Origin: Sedimentisphaerales bacterium
Lineage (GTDB): Bacteria; Planctomycetota; Phycisphaerae; Sedimentisphaerales; Anaerobacaceae
Assembly: GCA_040772485.1 (NCBI GenBank)
Contig: JAXGYC010000007.1
Span: forward strand, 1,110,733 to 1,174,732
DNA: 64,000 nucleotides
Direction: 5' to 3'
Part shown: positions 52,530 to 63,877 of the stretch, piece after piece
Position numbering within the stretch: position 1 is the stretch's first letter
Layout of the letters: each line of letters begins with the position of its first letter
Translations under genes and position numbers: made by a program
Notes under the pieces: model-generated
Told to the model about the DNA's origin: nothing
Database searches by the model: none
Seen by the model: only the letters and a program-made list of their open reading frames with translations

Positions 52530-55421
52530 TCACTGCGGCTTGTGCATGGGCGAGGTTCTGCCGGCCAGCCACGCGATCTCGTCGGCCGAAAGCGCCCGAT
52601 CGTAGAGGCGCACTTCATCGACCGCGCCGGCCCAGAACTCGGTCAGATCGTTCACCTGGCGTCCGATGTGGGCGCGGTCCGGAACCAGATTCCAGTTCCT
52701 GGCGGCCGAGACGACCTCGATGCCGTCGGCGTACAACGTTGCCGTCGCGCCGTCGTAGGTCAGGGCGACGTGGCGCCACTCGTCCAACTCCCAGAAGCCG
52801 GCCACACCGATGTCGTCACCGTAGCCGCCGCCATACAGGTCAGGCCCGTTCATGCCGATGAACATGGCCTGGCCGGTAGCGTCATTGCCGTATGCCGCCA
52901 TGAAACGCCAACCCGCGTAGACCGCACTCGGCTTGCCCCACGCGGCCATCGACCGCGGCGCCGTCCCCGACGGCCAGCCGGCGGGATTGCCGAAATCGAC
53001 GTACTGATCCACACCATCGAGCTGGACGGCCTGTCCCTGTACCCCGGTGACGTAGGTCGGCGCGCCCATGACCGTGCCGTTGTAGCCGTTGCCCGAACCG
53101 TCGTTGGCGTTGCCGTCCAGGGCGTACCACGCCACCAGACCCGCCGTCGGCTCGCTCGGCGTGATGTACTCCACCGCATTCGGATACAGACGGATATCGT
53201 CGATGTACAGCATGCCCGTCGCGGCGGCGCCGTCCACGCCAATCGCCAACTCCGTGACCGCGCTCAGGTTGCCCACGGCCGACAGATCGATGTTCCACGG
53301 CTGCCACAACGCCCGACCGATATCGGCCGCATCGCCGTCATAGACCACTTTAGTCCCGTTGATCTTCACATACAACTGGCCGCCGTTGCCGGCCGTACCA
53401 CGGAAGTACAGGCCCAGGCTCTGCACGCCATGGCCGGTCCAGTCCTGCGGAGAATCGAAGGTTCGCACGGTTTCGGAGTAGTTCGGCGAAACGGTGTTGT
53501 CGTACCCCAGGGGCATGGACTGCGCGCCGCCATGCACGATGGTCCGCTCGGCGAAGGGTGCATCGAAGTACCCAACCGTCGAGCCGCTGCCATTGACCCA
53601 GCCATCAATCCAGGTGTCGAAGATCGTAGTGCCGGCATCCAGATCGTCCGTATAGTCTTCCATATCATCGACGATACCGTACGCCGCAGTCGCAAAGCTC
53701 CAGACATCGCCTTCCCAGCGGCTGACCGCCTCGGCCTCGTTGACCTCGTCCACTCGCCAGTAGTAATTGCCTGCATACACCAGATCATCAGGCGTGAAGG
53801 CGCTGTCGGTAGCGGTTCCAGCCAGAGAAAGAGCCGCCGGATCGGTCCCAAGGTAGACCTCGTGCGAAGCGGCCTGCCGCCCGGCTCGCCAGCCGAGAGG
53901 CATGCCCGGATCGACATCGGTCGCTCCATCGGCCGGTTCCGGCTGCCGTGCGTGACTGGGAATAAACGTGAACCGCACTTCGCTCAGGCCGAACTGACCC
54001 ATCATGCCGTAACCGCTGTTGACGGACAGGCGAACGTACTTCACGGGGACACTGCCGAAATCGACCGTGGTGTTGTAGGTGTACGTGGTCTTGGCCGTCG
54101 CCCGGGCCAGTTCCACGTCGCCCAGGACCGTCCAGTCCGCACCGTCCACGGAGTACTCCACCGTCGCCCCTTTGACCCCGAAGCCGAGCATCAACTCGAA
54201 CTGCACGTTGTAGTTCCAGACCAGCATCTGGTGCAGTTGATAGACGCGGTCGAACTCGTACTGAATCCACAGCGGCTCAGCGCCCGGCATCGCCAGCCAC
54301 ATGTCGGTGCTGTCGGTCGAGTGCTGATCGTCGGCGTTCAGACCCGATCCGTTGACCGTGTTCTCGGGCCCGGCCCCCTCTTCCGAAACGCCGTTGCTCG
54401 TGGCTACGACATTCGGGACGGCATACGCAAATGGCTCGGAAGTGAAGCTCCAGACCTCGCCTTTGAAGATCGTGTTGTCGGGGGCCGCGTTGACCTCGTC
54501 CACGCGCCAGTAGTACGTTGTCTCGAAGTCCAGCCGTCCGACCGGATCGTAGGTCGTCTCGCTCTGGCCCTGACTGACCAGCACGCCCATCGGATTGGCC
54601 CGGCTGGCCGCGTTAACGTCATCGAAGGCGGTTCCGAAGTACACATCGTGCGTGGCCGCAAACTCGCCCGGCGTCCAGCTCAACACGACCTCGCGAGGAA
54701 CATCGACTGCTTCGTCTTCCGGATTCGGATCATCCGCCAGCTCGACATTCATGCCCGCCATTACGTCGGCGATCTCTGCCGGCGTCAGGGCCTGGTCGAA
54801 CACACATACCTCGTCGATAATGCCGTTCCAAAGCTCGCCCGCGCCGTTGACCTGCTCGCCGATGTACGCCCGGCTCAGGACCAGGTCCCAGTTCTTGGCC
54901 GCCGAGGCAATCTCCACGGCGTCGGCGTACAGGCGCGCGGTGGTCCCATCGTACGTCAGGGCCAGATGGTGCCACTCCCCCACCGTCCAGAAGTTGGCCA
55001 TCTCCACGTCGTCGCCGTTGTAGCCGCCGCCGATGGCCCGGGTGCCGTTCATGCCGATGAAGCATGCCTGTGACGTGCCGGCGGTCCCGTAGGCTGCGAA
55101 CCACCGGTAACCGGTGGCGACCGTGTTGGTCAGACCCCACCCGCACAGCGAACGCGGCGAGCGACCAGCGGGCCAGTCGGGCGGATTGCCAAGGTTGACG
55201 TAGTCACCACTTCCGTCCAAGCTCAGCGCGCCTTTGAACACGCCGGGGACCCACGTGGGATTGCCCATGATCGTGCCGTCATAGCCGTTCCCGGTGGCAT
55301 CATAGGCAGTCGTGCCGGTCCCCTCATCCAATCGCCAGTGTGCCACCAGAGTGGCTCCCGCATCTAAGGTCGCGCCGAGCACGACGGCAAGACAAATCAA
55401 CAGATACAGTCCTCTACACAT
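52530..55421 (-). CDS. Secreted modular protein: LamG / FN3-like / discoidin-like / FN3-like / beta-sandwich / LamG
   Basis: Signal peptide, WRLDEGTG...WHHLALTYDG...GIIDEV, two YYWRVDEVN...VWSF modules, WIQYEFDRVYQLHQMLVWNYN, terminal WRHVALTYDG...DEVRLYDRAL. Confidence 0.88.
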   Translation of the reverse strand: MCRGLYLLICLAVVLGATLDAGATLVAHWRLDEGTGTTAYDATGNGYDGTIMGNPTWVPGVFKGALSLDGSGDYVNLGNPPDWPAGRSPRSLCGWGLTNTVATGYRWFAAYGTAGTSQACFIGMNGTRAIGGGYNGDDVEMANFWTVGEWHHLALTYDGTTARLYADAVEIASAAKNWDLVLSRAYIGEQVNGAGELWNGIIDEVCVFDQALTPAEIADVMAGMNVELADDPNPEDEAVDVPREVVLSWTPGEFAATHDVYFGTAFDDVNAASRANPMGVLVSQGQSETTYDPVGRLDFETTYYWRVDEVNAAPDNTIFKGEVWSFTSEPFAYAVPNVVATSNGVSEEGAGPENTVNGSGLNADDQHSTDSTDMWLAMPGAEPLWIQYEFDRVYQLHQMLVWNYNVQFELMLGFGVKGATVEYSVDGADWTVLGDVELARATAKTTYTYNTTVDFGSVPVKYVRLSVNSGYGMMGQFGLSEVRFTFIPSHARQPEPADGATDVDPGMPLGWRAGRQAASHEVYLGTDPAALSLAGTATDSAFTPDDLVYAGNYYWRVDEVNEAEAVSRWEGDVWSFATAAYGIVDDMEDYTDDLDAGTTIFDTWIDGWVNGSGSTVGYFDAPFAERTIVHGGAQSMPLGYDNTVSPNYSETVRTFDSPQDWTGHGVQSLGLYFRGTAGNGGQLYVKINGTKVVYDGDAADIGRALWQPWNIDLSAVGNLSAVTELAIGVDGAAATGMLYIDDIRLYPNAVEYITPSEPTAGLVAWYALDGNANDGSGNGYNGTVMGAPTYVTGVQGQAVQLDGVDQYVDFGNPAGWPSGTAPRSMAAWGKPSAVYAGWRFMAAYGNDATGQAMFIGMNGPDLYGGGYGDDIGVAGFWELDEWRHVALTYDGATATLYADGIEVVSAARNWNLVPDRAHIGRQVNDLTEFWAGAVDEVRLYDRALSADEIAWLAGRTSPMHKPQ

Positions 55422-55597
55422 TGGAGTCCTCCTTCAGACAACCAGCTCACTCACGTCACAACGCTTCAGCCGCATGGCGGAAGACACTCTTCCTCCACGT
55501 GATGATCCGATGATTCCGCTCGTTCAGAGGCTACCCGACACCGTGCCGCTCCTCGTCCGAATCTCCACCCTCCAACCGCACCGTACGCTCCACTGGA

Positions 55598-55676
55598 GTC
55601 CTTTCGGTCTCTTTGGTCCCTGCGGTCCTTTGGGTCCTTGTCCGGCCAGAGGGACCGCAGGGACCTGAGAGACCTC
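55598..55676. repeat. Inverted nonamer tandem-array palindrome
   Basis: GTCCTTTCG GTCTCTTTG GTCCCTGCG GTCCTTTGG GTCCTTG facing AGGGACCGC AGGGACCTG AGAGACCTC. Confidence 0.8.
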
Positions 55677-55975
55677 CGGCCGGCACCACTGCCGCCCGCC
55701 GATTCGAAAACCGCTGCACCGATCTCGTACGCCCCCGACGTATGGGGGAGAGCCGCGCGAGAACCTGCGTCACATACGCTTCTCAACCCCTCTTTATATC
55801 AGATCGAATGCCCGCCTGCAACAGGTTTTCCCGGCGAGATCGGCGGTATACGAAAGTCTGTCCCGCTGACCGAGAACTCACCCACAAGTCCTTGTCCAAC
55901 AAAGAGTAGAGGCAGCCTTGCCGGCCGCGGGGAAACGGCGGCACGTCGGACGGAATGTTCCGGCGGAAGCCAACG

Positions 55976-57103
55976 CTATCTGTAGGTGCGGCCGAGATAC
56001 TCGACGACGGCTCGCTTGACTTCCAGCGGGTCGATCAACCCCATGTGGCGATAGATGATCTGGCCGCCGGGCTTGACCAGCAGCGTGTAGGGAATCGCCC
56101 CGAGCCAATCCTTGTCCACCGCCTCGATGAACGGATAGATGTCGTCGCTGGCGAAGTGGTAGTTCTTGAACGAGGCCTGCTTGTCTTTCAGGAAGGCGAG
56201 CACCTTGTCGTTGCGGCTGGCCGGATCGACGTTCACCGCCACCATCTCGAATTCGCGGCCCCGATACATGCGATTCATTGTCACGAACTCGGGAAACTCG
56301 ACGATGCAGGGACCGCATGCCGTCGACCAGATGTTGATCAGACGCAGCTTGTCGGTGTCGTTCTTGACCAGCGTCCTGACGCCTTCAAGATCGATCTCCT
56401 CGATGTCGACCGGCTCCTTGGCCCAGGTCTCGAACGCCTGCTTGACGGAATCCCGCTTGTCGGACCACTTGATCGAGCAGCCCATCGTTTTGGTCGTCTC
56501 GACGGCCACGGGCTTGCCCGCCAGCACCGCTTCGATGGCGTCTCGCGTGTCGTGCGACGTGGCCTTGTCAGGATTCCTCTCGTTGTTGTCGACCCGGCCG
56601 GCGAACCGCAGCTTCCGCTCGCTGTCGAAGACGAACACGTGCGGCGTGGTCACCGGGCCATACGCCTTCGAGACCCTCTGGTCATTCCCATCGTAGAGAT
56701 AGGGGAAGTTGAACTGGGCGGCCTTGGCGCGAATCTTCATGTCTTCGAGCGAGTCGCCCACGTCGGTATAGCCCAATTCATCGAGCCGCACCGCCTCCGG
56801 ATCGTTGGGCGAGATCGCCACCAGCGCCACGCCCTTGTCTTTGAAGTCGGCCGCCAGCTTCTTGATCCGGCCCTCGTACGCCTGCGCCGTCGGGCAATGA
56901 TTGCACGTGAACACGATTGCGAGGACCTTGGCCTGGTCGTAATCGGAGAGCTTGTGGACCTTGCCGTCGACGCCGGGCAGAGCAAAGTCGGGCGCCTTGG
57001 CCCCGATCGCCAGCGTCCTGATCTCCTCCGCCCCCCACGCCGGAACGGTCATGATCGCCAGAGCAACGGTCAGCGCGATGAGTCTGCAAATGGGCTTATG
57101 CAT
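55976..57103 (-). CDS. Exported tandem thioredoxin-fold (AhpC/TSA redoxin) protein
   Basis: Signal peptide, APDFALPGVDG, FTCNHCP, GCSIKW, second domain WSTACGPC; ATG 57103 after AGGAG. Confidence 0.88.
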   Translation of the reverse strand: MHKPICRLIALTVALAIMTVPAWGAEEIRTLAIGAKAPDFALPGVDGKVHKLSDYDQAKVLAIVFTCNHCPTAQAYEGRIKKLAADFKDKGVALVAISPNDPEAVRLDELGYTDVGDSLEDMKIRAKAAQFNFPYLYDGNDQRVSKAYGPVTTPHVFVFDSERKLRFAGRVDNNERNPDKATSHDTRDAIEAVLAGKPVAVETTKTMGCSIKWSDKRDSVKQAFETWAKEPVDIEEIDLEGVRTLVKNDTDKLRLINIWSTACGPCIVEFPEFVTMNRMYRGREFEMVAVNVDPASRNDKVLAFLKDKQASFKNYHFASDDIYPFIEAVDKDWLGAIPYTLLVKPGGQIIYRHMGLIDPLEVKRAVVEYLGRTYR

Positions 57104-57254
57104 CAGTCTTCTCCTGGCAAGCAAGCACAAGAATCCTTCAGAACCACGTCGCCCCATTATACGACCTTTCGCCCTCGAAGTTTAGGACTTCTTGCCTGCA
57201 CGCAAACGCGTGGACCAAGAACCCGCCGTGCCCGCCTGTGCCATTACTCCTGTT

Positions 57255-57299
57255 CTTGTCACCTCGATCCCGATGTGCATCGGGACTCGGAATGACAAG
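57255..57299. repeat. REP-like palindrome
   Basis: CTTGTCA...TCCCGATG-TG-CATCGGGA...TGACAAG nested inverted repeats. Confidence 0.6.
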
Positions 57300-57307
57300 G
57301 TCGTGGC

Positions 57308-57901
57308 TCAGCGGGCTCCCTCAGAAGACCCTGGCACATTCGCCAACTTGCCCTCCGCATTCTCGCCATCGCCCCATTTCAGTTGCGACACTTCATCGGC
57401 TTTGACGAACCGCCCACTGCTATCCACAAGCGATACGCTGCAACCCTGCCCTTTGTGATTCTTCATCGTCAGCAACTCAGGACCGCCATACTGGTTCCAA
57501 CCCGGCTTGCTCTCAAATAGCAGAACAACATTGCCATCGCTATTCGGATCGGCATTCGGGTTCATCGCATAGCTGCATGGCCCTTTGGGGTCGCCCGGGC
57601 AACGGAAGACCTTGTTCAAGTCTTCGTGCTCTCCGTATTCGCCGACAAGCACATCGCACCACCGCTGGGCCGGCGGATACCGGCCTTCGTGTTCCTCGGC
57701 ATAGATTCGCAAGCAGAGGCCCAACTGCCTGAGATTCCCCAAACACACGATTGCACGCGAGGGTCTATACCGCTCCTTACATGTCGGCGTCCAGACGAAG
57801 AAGAAGACAGAGAACACGACCGTGATCAGAATCACGACAGTACCCGTCAGGGGAGAGACCCTGAGTCCAGGGCGCGGTTTCTCGCTGGCTGTCTTGCTCA
57901 T
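57308..57901 (-). CDS. Membrane-anchored DUF1559/prepilin-associated-like protein
   Basis: One TM helix, then CLGNLRQLGLCLRIYAEEHEGRYP, FRCP, SYAMN and a degenerate H-x-DG motif (NHKGQGCSVSLVDS). Its ATG overlaps the mfd stop. Confidence 0.65.
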   Translation of the reverse strand: MSKTASEKPRPGLRVSPLTGTVVILITVVFSVFFFVWTPTCKERYRPSRAIVCLGNLRQLGLCLRIYAEEHEGRYPPAQRWCDVLVGEYGEHEDLNKVFRCPGDPKGPCSYAMNPNADPNSDGNVVLLFESKPGWNQYGGPELLTMKNHKGQGCSVSLVDSSGRFVKADEVSQLKWGDGENAEGKLANVPGSSEGAR

Positions 57902-60900
57902 GTCTGATTCTCCGTAAGGATTCTACCCAGAACGGTGACGAGGGTTTGGGGCTCGAAGTAGCCGGGGGGCAGGCGGAGGTAGACGGTTTTGGGGTCGGCG
58001 ATGCGGACGGTGCCCTTCACGTTGGCGAACAGCGTTCCCACCGTGGCGTGGGCATCCTGCCCGCGCTTCGAGGGCGTTGCGCCCTCGACACTTTGGCGGA
58101 ACGAGAAGATCAGATCGCCCGCTTTGAGCGGATTGGGCTGGGAGGCGACAATACTGCGGATGTCCCACCTGGCCGCCGCGATGCGCAGCTCGGCCAGATC
58201 GAGCAGGCCCTTCGTCTCTTCCGGGATCGGGCCATAGACGTCGGCCAGTTCCGCTTCGATCTGCTGGAGGTCACCGGGCGTTCGGGCGACCGCGATCTTG
58301 CGATAGACGTCCATGCGATGCCGGTCGATGGGGATGTAGTTCTTCGGGATGACCGCGGAGAAGCCCAGGTCGATGTTCGCGGTCGGCAGAGGTTCGATCT
58401 TCTCGTTCTTCATCTCGCGGACGGCGTTGGCCAGCATGTCGCAGTACATCTGGTAGCCCACCATCTGGATATGGCCTGACTGCTCGGGGCCTAAGATATT
58501 GCCGGCGCCGCGAATCTCCAGGTCGCGCAGCGCGATGCGGAAGCCCGCGCCGAGGTGCGAGTATTCCTCGATGGCCTTGAGCCTCTTGGCCGCGATCGGC
58601 GCGATGGGCCGGCTGTTCGGCAGCAGCATGTAGGCATAGGCACGGTGCTTGTAGCGTCCCACCCGGCCGCGAAGCTGGTGCATCTCCGCCAGGCCGAACC
58701 GGTCGGCGTCGTTGATGAAGATCGTGTTGGCGTTAGGAATGTCCAGGCCCGATTCGATGATCGTGGTGCAGACCAGCACATCGGTCCGGCCCAGCACGAA
58801 GTGGATCATCGCGTCTTCCAGCTCGCGTTTGCTCATCTGGCCATGTGCGATGTCGATTCGCGCCTCTTTGGCCAGCTTCTGGATCTCCATTGCCTTGGCC
58901 TGGATCGACTGCACGCGGTTGTGCAGGAAAAACACCTGGCCTTGCCGGTTCAGCTCGCGGTAGATCGCCTTGCGGATCAGCTCGGGGTTGTACGCGGCCA
59001 CCTGAGTCACGATACTGCGCCGGTCCAGCGGCGCCGTCGTCAGCGAGCTGATGTCACGCAGGCCCAGCAGCGCCATGTGCAGCGTACGCGGGATGGGCGT
59101 GGCGGTCATCGTCAGGATGTCCACGTTGACCCGCATCCGCTTGAGTCGCTCCTTGTGCTCGACGCCAAACCGCTGCTCCTCGTCGATGATCAGCAGGCCG
59201 AGGTCCTTGAAGCCGACGTCACCGCTGAGCAGGCGGTGCGTTCCGATGAGAATATCCACCTTACCCGCCCGGGCGCGGGCGACGATGCCCTTCGCCTGGT
59301 TGCCCGTCTTGAAGCGGTTGAGCACTTCGACGGTGACGGGGAAATCCGCGAACCGCTCGGCGAACGTCCGCGCGTGCTGGACCGACAGCACCGTCGTGGG
59401 CACGAGCACCGCGACCTGCTTGCCCGCTTCGACCGCCTTGAAGGCGGCCCGCATCGCCAGCTCGGTCTTGCCATAGCCAACGTCCCCGCACAGCAGCCGG
59501 TCCATCGCCACCGGCTCCTGCATGTCCGCTTTGATCTCGCCGGCCGCGGTGATCTGGTCGGGCGTCTCCTGATAGGGGAACGACTCCTCGAACTCCATCT
59601 GCCAGTTCGAATCGGCGCCGTAGGTGATGCCACCCATGGCCTGGCGTTTCGCCTGGATGTCGAGCAATTCGGCCGCCAGATCGCGAACGGACTGCGCGAC
59701 CTTCTCCTTCTGCTTCTGCCACCGCTTGGAGCCGACCTTGCTGAGCGTCGGGCGCTTCGGGCTGGTGCCAATGTACTTCTGCACCAGCGCGATGTTCGCC
59801 ACCGCGACCTGGATCTTAACCTTGTCGGCGTACTCGATGGTCAGGTACTCGGCCTTGCCGGCCTTCTCGTCGATGGTCTCGGTCCCGAGGTACTTGCCGA
59901 TCCCATACGACGCGTGAACCACTGTGTCACCGGGCTGCAAGTCGGCCAGCGTATCGACGGGCGCCGTCGCGCGGACCGGCCGCTGCCGGCGGCGCAACGC
60001 GTACTGCCCGAACAATTCGTGATGGCTGACGACGATCGTATTGAGCGACTCGATGAAGAAGCCCTGATGGACGTAGCCCAACGGAAGCTGGAAGTTGCGA
60101 GGGACCTGCCCGTCAATCTCCTTGATGATCTCGCTGACGCGCTGCACCTCGGCGGGACTCTCGCAGTAGAGCAGAACGCGATTGCCTTCCTTGGACCGCC
60201 CGATCAATTCTTCAAGCGCGGCCTTGTGTCCGGCCCAGAGGGAGGTCGCCTTGCGCTCGAACTGCTGGATGCTCTTGACGCCGAGCTTCAGCGATTCATC
60301 AGGCGCCCCGCCCGCGAAGCGGGAGATGTGCAACTGCGTCCGTCGCGACACCGACTGGTGAATATCCGCCCAACTGTAGAGACGGCCGGAATCCTCGACG
60401 CGGGCCAGGAAGACCTTGGCGACCTCCTCGACGTCCAGCGGCTCTTCGAAGACGACAATCGCATCGTCGGGCAGTGTATTCGTGAACAGCTCGCGCTGAT
60501 CGGACGCGGCGCCGCACGCAGCGCCGACGATACCCAGGCCGGCGATCTCGTGTGTGGAACGCTGCGTGTCCAGATCGACCTGGCGGATGCTCTCGACCGT
60601 GTCGCCGAAAAACTCGATGCGAATCGCCTGCGAACCGATTGCGGATTTCGGATTGCGGATTTCGGGATTCGCAGGCACAAGCGGGTCCGCCATCGGCAAT
60701 CCGCCATCGGCAATCCGTGAGACCAGGGGGGCGTAGATGTCGATGATGCCGCCACGCCGGGCGAACTGCCCCGGCAGGTCCACCGCATCGACCCGCTCGA
60801 AGCTGTTGTTGACCAGCCATTCGACGACCATCTCCGGATCGACGGTCGCGTTGGCCGCAAGGTGCAGCGAGCCGGCCGCAAGAGCCGCCGGCGGGGCTAC

Positions 60901-61329
60901 CGGCTGACACAACGCCTGCACCGGCGCGACGATAATTACGTTGCTCGTCACCGGTCGCTCGTCGCTCGTGACCGATTCGTGCCCCTCGCGCGACGCGCGA
61001 CGAGCGACGAGCGACGAAACGAGTGAAACGAGTCTGAGCCGCTCAGCGCGGGTCTCGTCCGTCGCGTCGGCCAGCTCCTCCTCGCCTTCCCAGGCGGGCA
61101 GCAATTCCACCCGGCCGGCCTCGAACGTCCGCAGATCGTCCACGGCCCGGTCGGCGTCGTCGATGTGCGGACAAACGTACAGAACGAGACGACCGGCGGT
61201 CTTGGCGACGTGAGCGGCCAGCAGGCGCGCAAACGATCCCCACGTCCCCTCGACTTTGACGGCCCCCTTCTCGGACGCCGCCAGCCGGGAGATCATCTGC
61301 GAAACCACCTTGTCCCGCGCCAGATCCAT
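57898..61329 (-). CDS. mfd: Transcription-repair coupling factor (with three in-frame palindromic insertions)
   Basis: RGGIIDIY, IRIEFFGD, MDRLLCGDVGYGKTE, IIDEEQRFG, TATPIPRT, LHQLRGRVGR-like motif, RDLEIRGAGN. Confidence 0.98.
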   Translation of the reverse strand: MDLARDKVVSQMISRLAASEKGAVKVEGTWGSFARLLAAHVAKTAGRLVLYVCPHIDDADRAVDDLRTFEAGRVELLPAWEGEEELADATDETRAERLRLVSLVSSLVARRASREGHESVTSDERPVTSNVIIVAPVQALCQPVAPPAALAAGSLHLAANATVDPEMVVEWLVNNSFERVDAVDLPGQFARRGGIIDIYAPLVSRIADGGLPMADPLVPANPEIRNPKSAIGSQAIRIEFFGDTVESIRQVDLDTQRSTHEIAGLGIVGAACGAASDQRELFTNTLPDDAIVVFEEPLDVEEVAKVFLARVEDSGRLYSWADIHQSVSRRTQLHISRFAGGAPDESLKLGVKSIQQFERKATSLWAGHKAALEELIGRSKEGNRVLLYCESPAEVQRVSEIIKEIDGQVPRNFQLPLGYVHQGFFIESLNTIVVSHHELFGQYALRRRQRPVRATAPVDTLADLQPGDTVVHASYGIGKYLGTETIDEKAGKAEYLTIEYADKVKIQVAVANIALVQKYIGTSPKRPTLSKVGSKRWQKQKEKVAQSVRDLAAELLDIQAKRQAMGGITYGADSNWQMEFEESFPYQETPDQITAAGEIKADMQEPVAMDRLLCGDVGYGKTELAMRAAFKAVEAGKQVAVLVPTTVLSVQHARTFAERFADFPVTVEVLNRFKTGNQAKGIVARARAGKVDILIGTHRLLSGDVGFKDLGLLIIDEEQRFGVEHKERLKRMRVNVDILTMTATPIPRTLHMALLGLRDISSLTTAPLDRRSIVTQVAAYNPELIRKAIYRELNRQGQVFFLHNRVQSIQAKAMEIQKLAKEARIDIAHGQMSKRELEDAMIHFVLGRTDVLVCTTIIESGLDIPNANTIFINDADRFGLAEMHQLRGRVGRYKHRAYAYMLLPNSRPIAPIAAKRLKAIEEYSHLGAGFRIALRDLEIRGAGNILGPEQSGHIQMVGYQMYCDMLANAVREMKNEKIEPLPTANIDLGFSAVIPKNYIPIDRHRMDVYRKIAVARTPGDLQQIEAELADVYGPIPEETKGLLDLAELRIAAARWDIRSIVASQPNPLKAGDLIFSFRQSVEGATPSKRGQDAHATVGTLFANVKGTVRIADPKTVYLRLPPGYFEPQTLVTVLGRILTENQT
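58043..58088. repeat. REP-like element in frame within mfd
   Basis: GTGGCGTGGGCATCCTGCCCGCG plus hairpin TCGAGGGCG-TTG-CGCCCTCGA; encodes VEGATPSKRGQDAHAT. Confidence 0.7.
60636..60717. repeat. Inverted heptamer element in frame within mfd
   Basis: CGATTGC GGATTTC GGATTGC GGATTTC facing TCCGCCA TCGGCAA TCCGCCA TCGGCAA; encodes RIADGGLPMADPLVPANPEIRNPKSAIG. Confidence 0.85.
60943..61024. repeat. Inverted heptamer element in frame within mfd
   Basis: GCTCGTC ACCGGTC GCTCGTC GCTCGTG facing GCGACGC GCGACGA GCGACGA GCGACGA; encodes SSLVARRASREGHESVTSDERPVTS. Confidence 0.85.
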
Positions 61330-61331
61330 GA

Positions 61332-61441
61332 CAAAATCAAAGACCAAAGATCAAGAGTCAAAACTACAAATCAAAATTCAAGAAGTATCGCCGAAGGCGA
61401 TTCCACAATCTTGATCTTTGCCTTTTGATTTTTGATTTTGT
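61332..61441. repeat. Inverted heptamer element with central ATCGCCGAAGGCGAT hairpin (tkt-mfd spacer)
   Basis: A-rich (A/T)CAAAAN-type heptamers on the left, TTTTGAT-type on the right, core at 61387-61401. Confidence 0.85.
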
Positions 61442-61469
61442 TCGAATTTCGGTCCTCGTACTCGCCAGG

Positions 61470-63500
<2,031 letters not shown>

Positions 63501-63512
63501 GGCACCTCCATC

Positions 63513-63679
63513 GAGTTTGAAGTTTCAAGTTTGAAGTTTCAAGTCCGCCGAAGGCGGATAGCAGCACTTCAGACTTCCCACTTTAAACTTCACACTTGTC
63601 AGTCAGTTCTCAGTTCCCAGTGGTCGGTTGACAGTTCTCAGTTCCCAGCCCACCGCCAGCTGTCAACTGACCACTGTCA
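63513..63679. repeat. Two adjacent inverted heptamer elements upstream of tkt
   Basis: AGTTTGA AGTTTCA x2, core TCCGCCGAAGGCGGA, then ACTTCAG ACTTCCC ACTTTAA ACTTCAC. Next come CAGTTCT CAGTTCC x2 and GTTGACAG facing CTGTCAAC. Confidence 0.85.
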
Positions 63680-63707
63680 GTACGGGCGACGCATGCGTCG
63701 CCCGTAC
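63680..63707. repeat. Perfect 28-bp REP-like palindrome
   Basis: GTACGGGCGACGCATGCGTCGCCCGTAC. Confidence 0.9.
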
Positions 63708-63780
63708 CCACGACCGTGCCAGGATATCCGCCGGCCCCTGCCCTGGCAAGCCCTTTCCCGGGCCAAAGCGGTACTGTTGC

Positions 63781-63828
63781 GTCTCTTAGGTCCCTTTGGT
63801 CCCTTAGGTCCTTGGAGACCGAAAGGAC
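63781..63828. repeat. Nonamer tandem element related to 55598-55676
   Basis: GTCTCTTAG GTCCCTTTG GTCCCTTAG GTCCTTGGA followed by GACCGAAAGGAC. Confidence 0.75.
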
Positions 63829-63877
63829 GGAACTCATCGCGCTTGGCGCATCGGGAGTACGCGGCTACCATCGGGTA

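Noticed and set aside
49463..55421. Diversity-generating retroelement template/variable repeat pair
   Set aside because: The differences are indels and scattered substitutions over kilobases rather than adenine-specific changes, and no reverse transcriptase is in the window.
63610..63871. Short ORFs 63610-63837 and 63677-63871, also 55466-55985 and 61364-61579
   Set aside because: They are translations of the 7-/9-mer arrays (DLRDQRD, GPKGPK), with no other support for coding.
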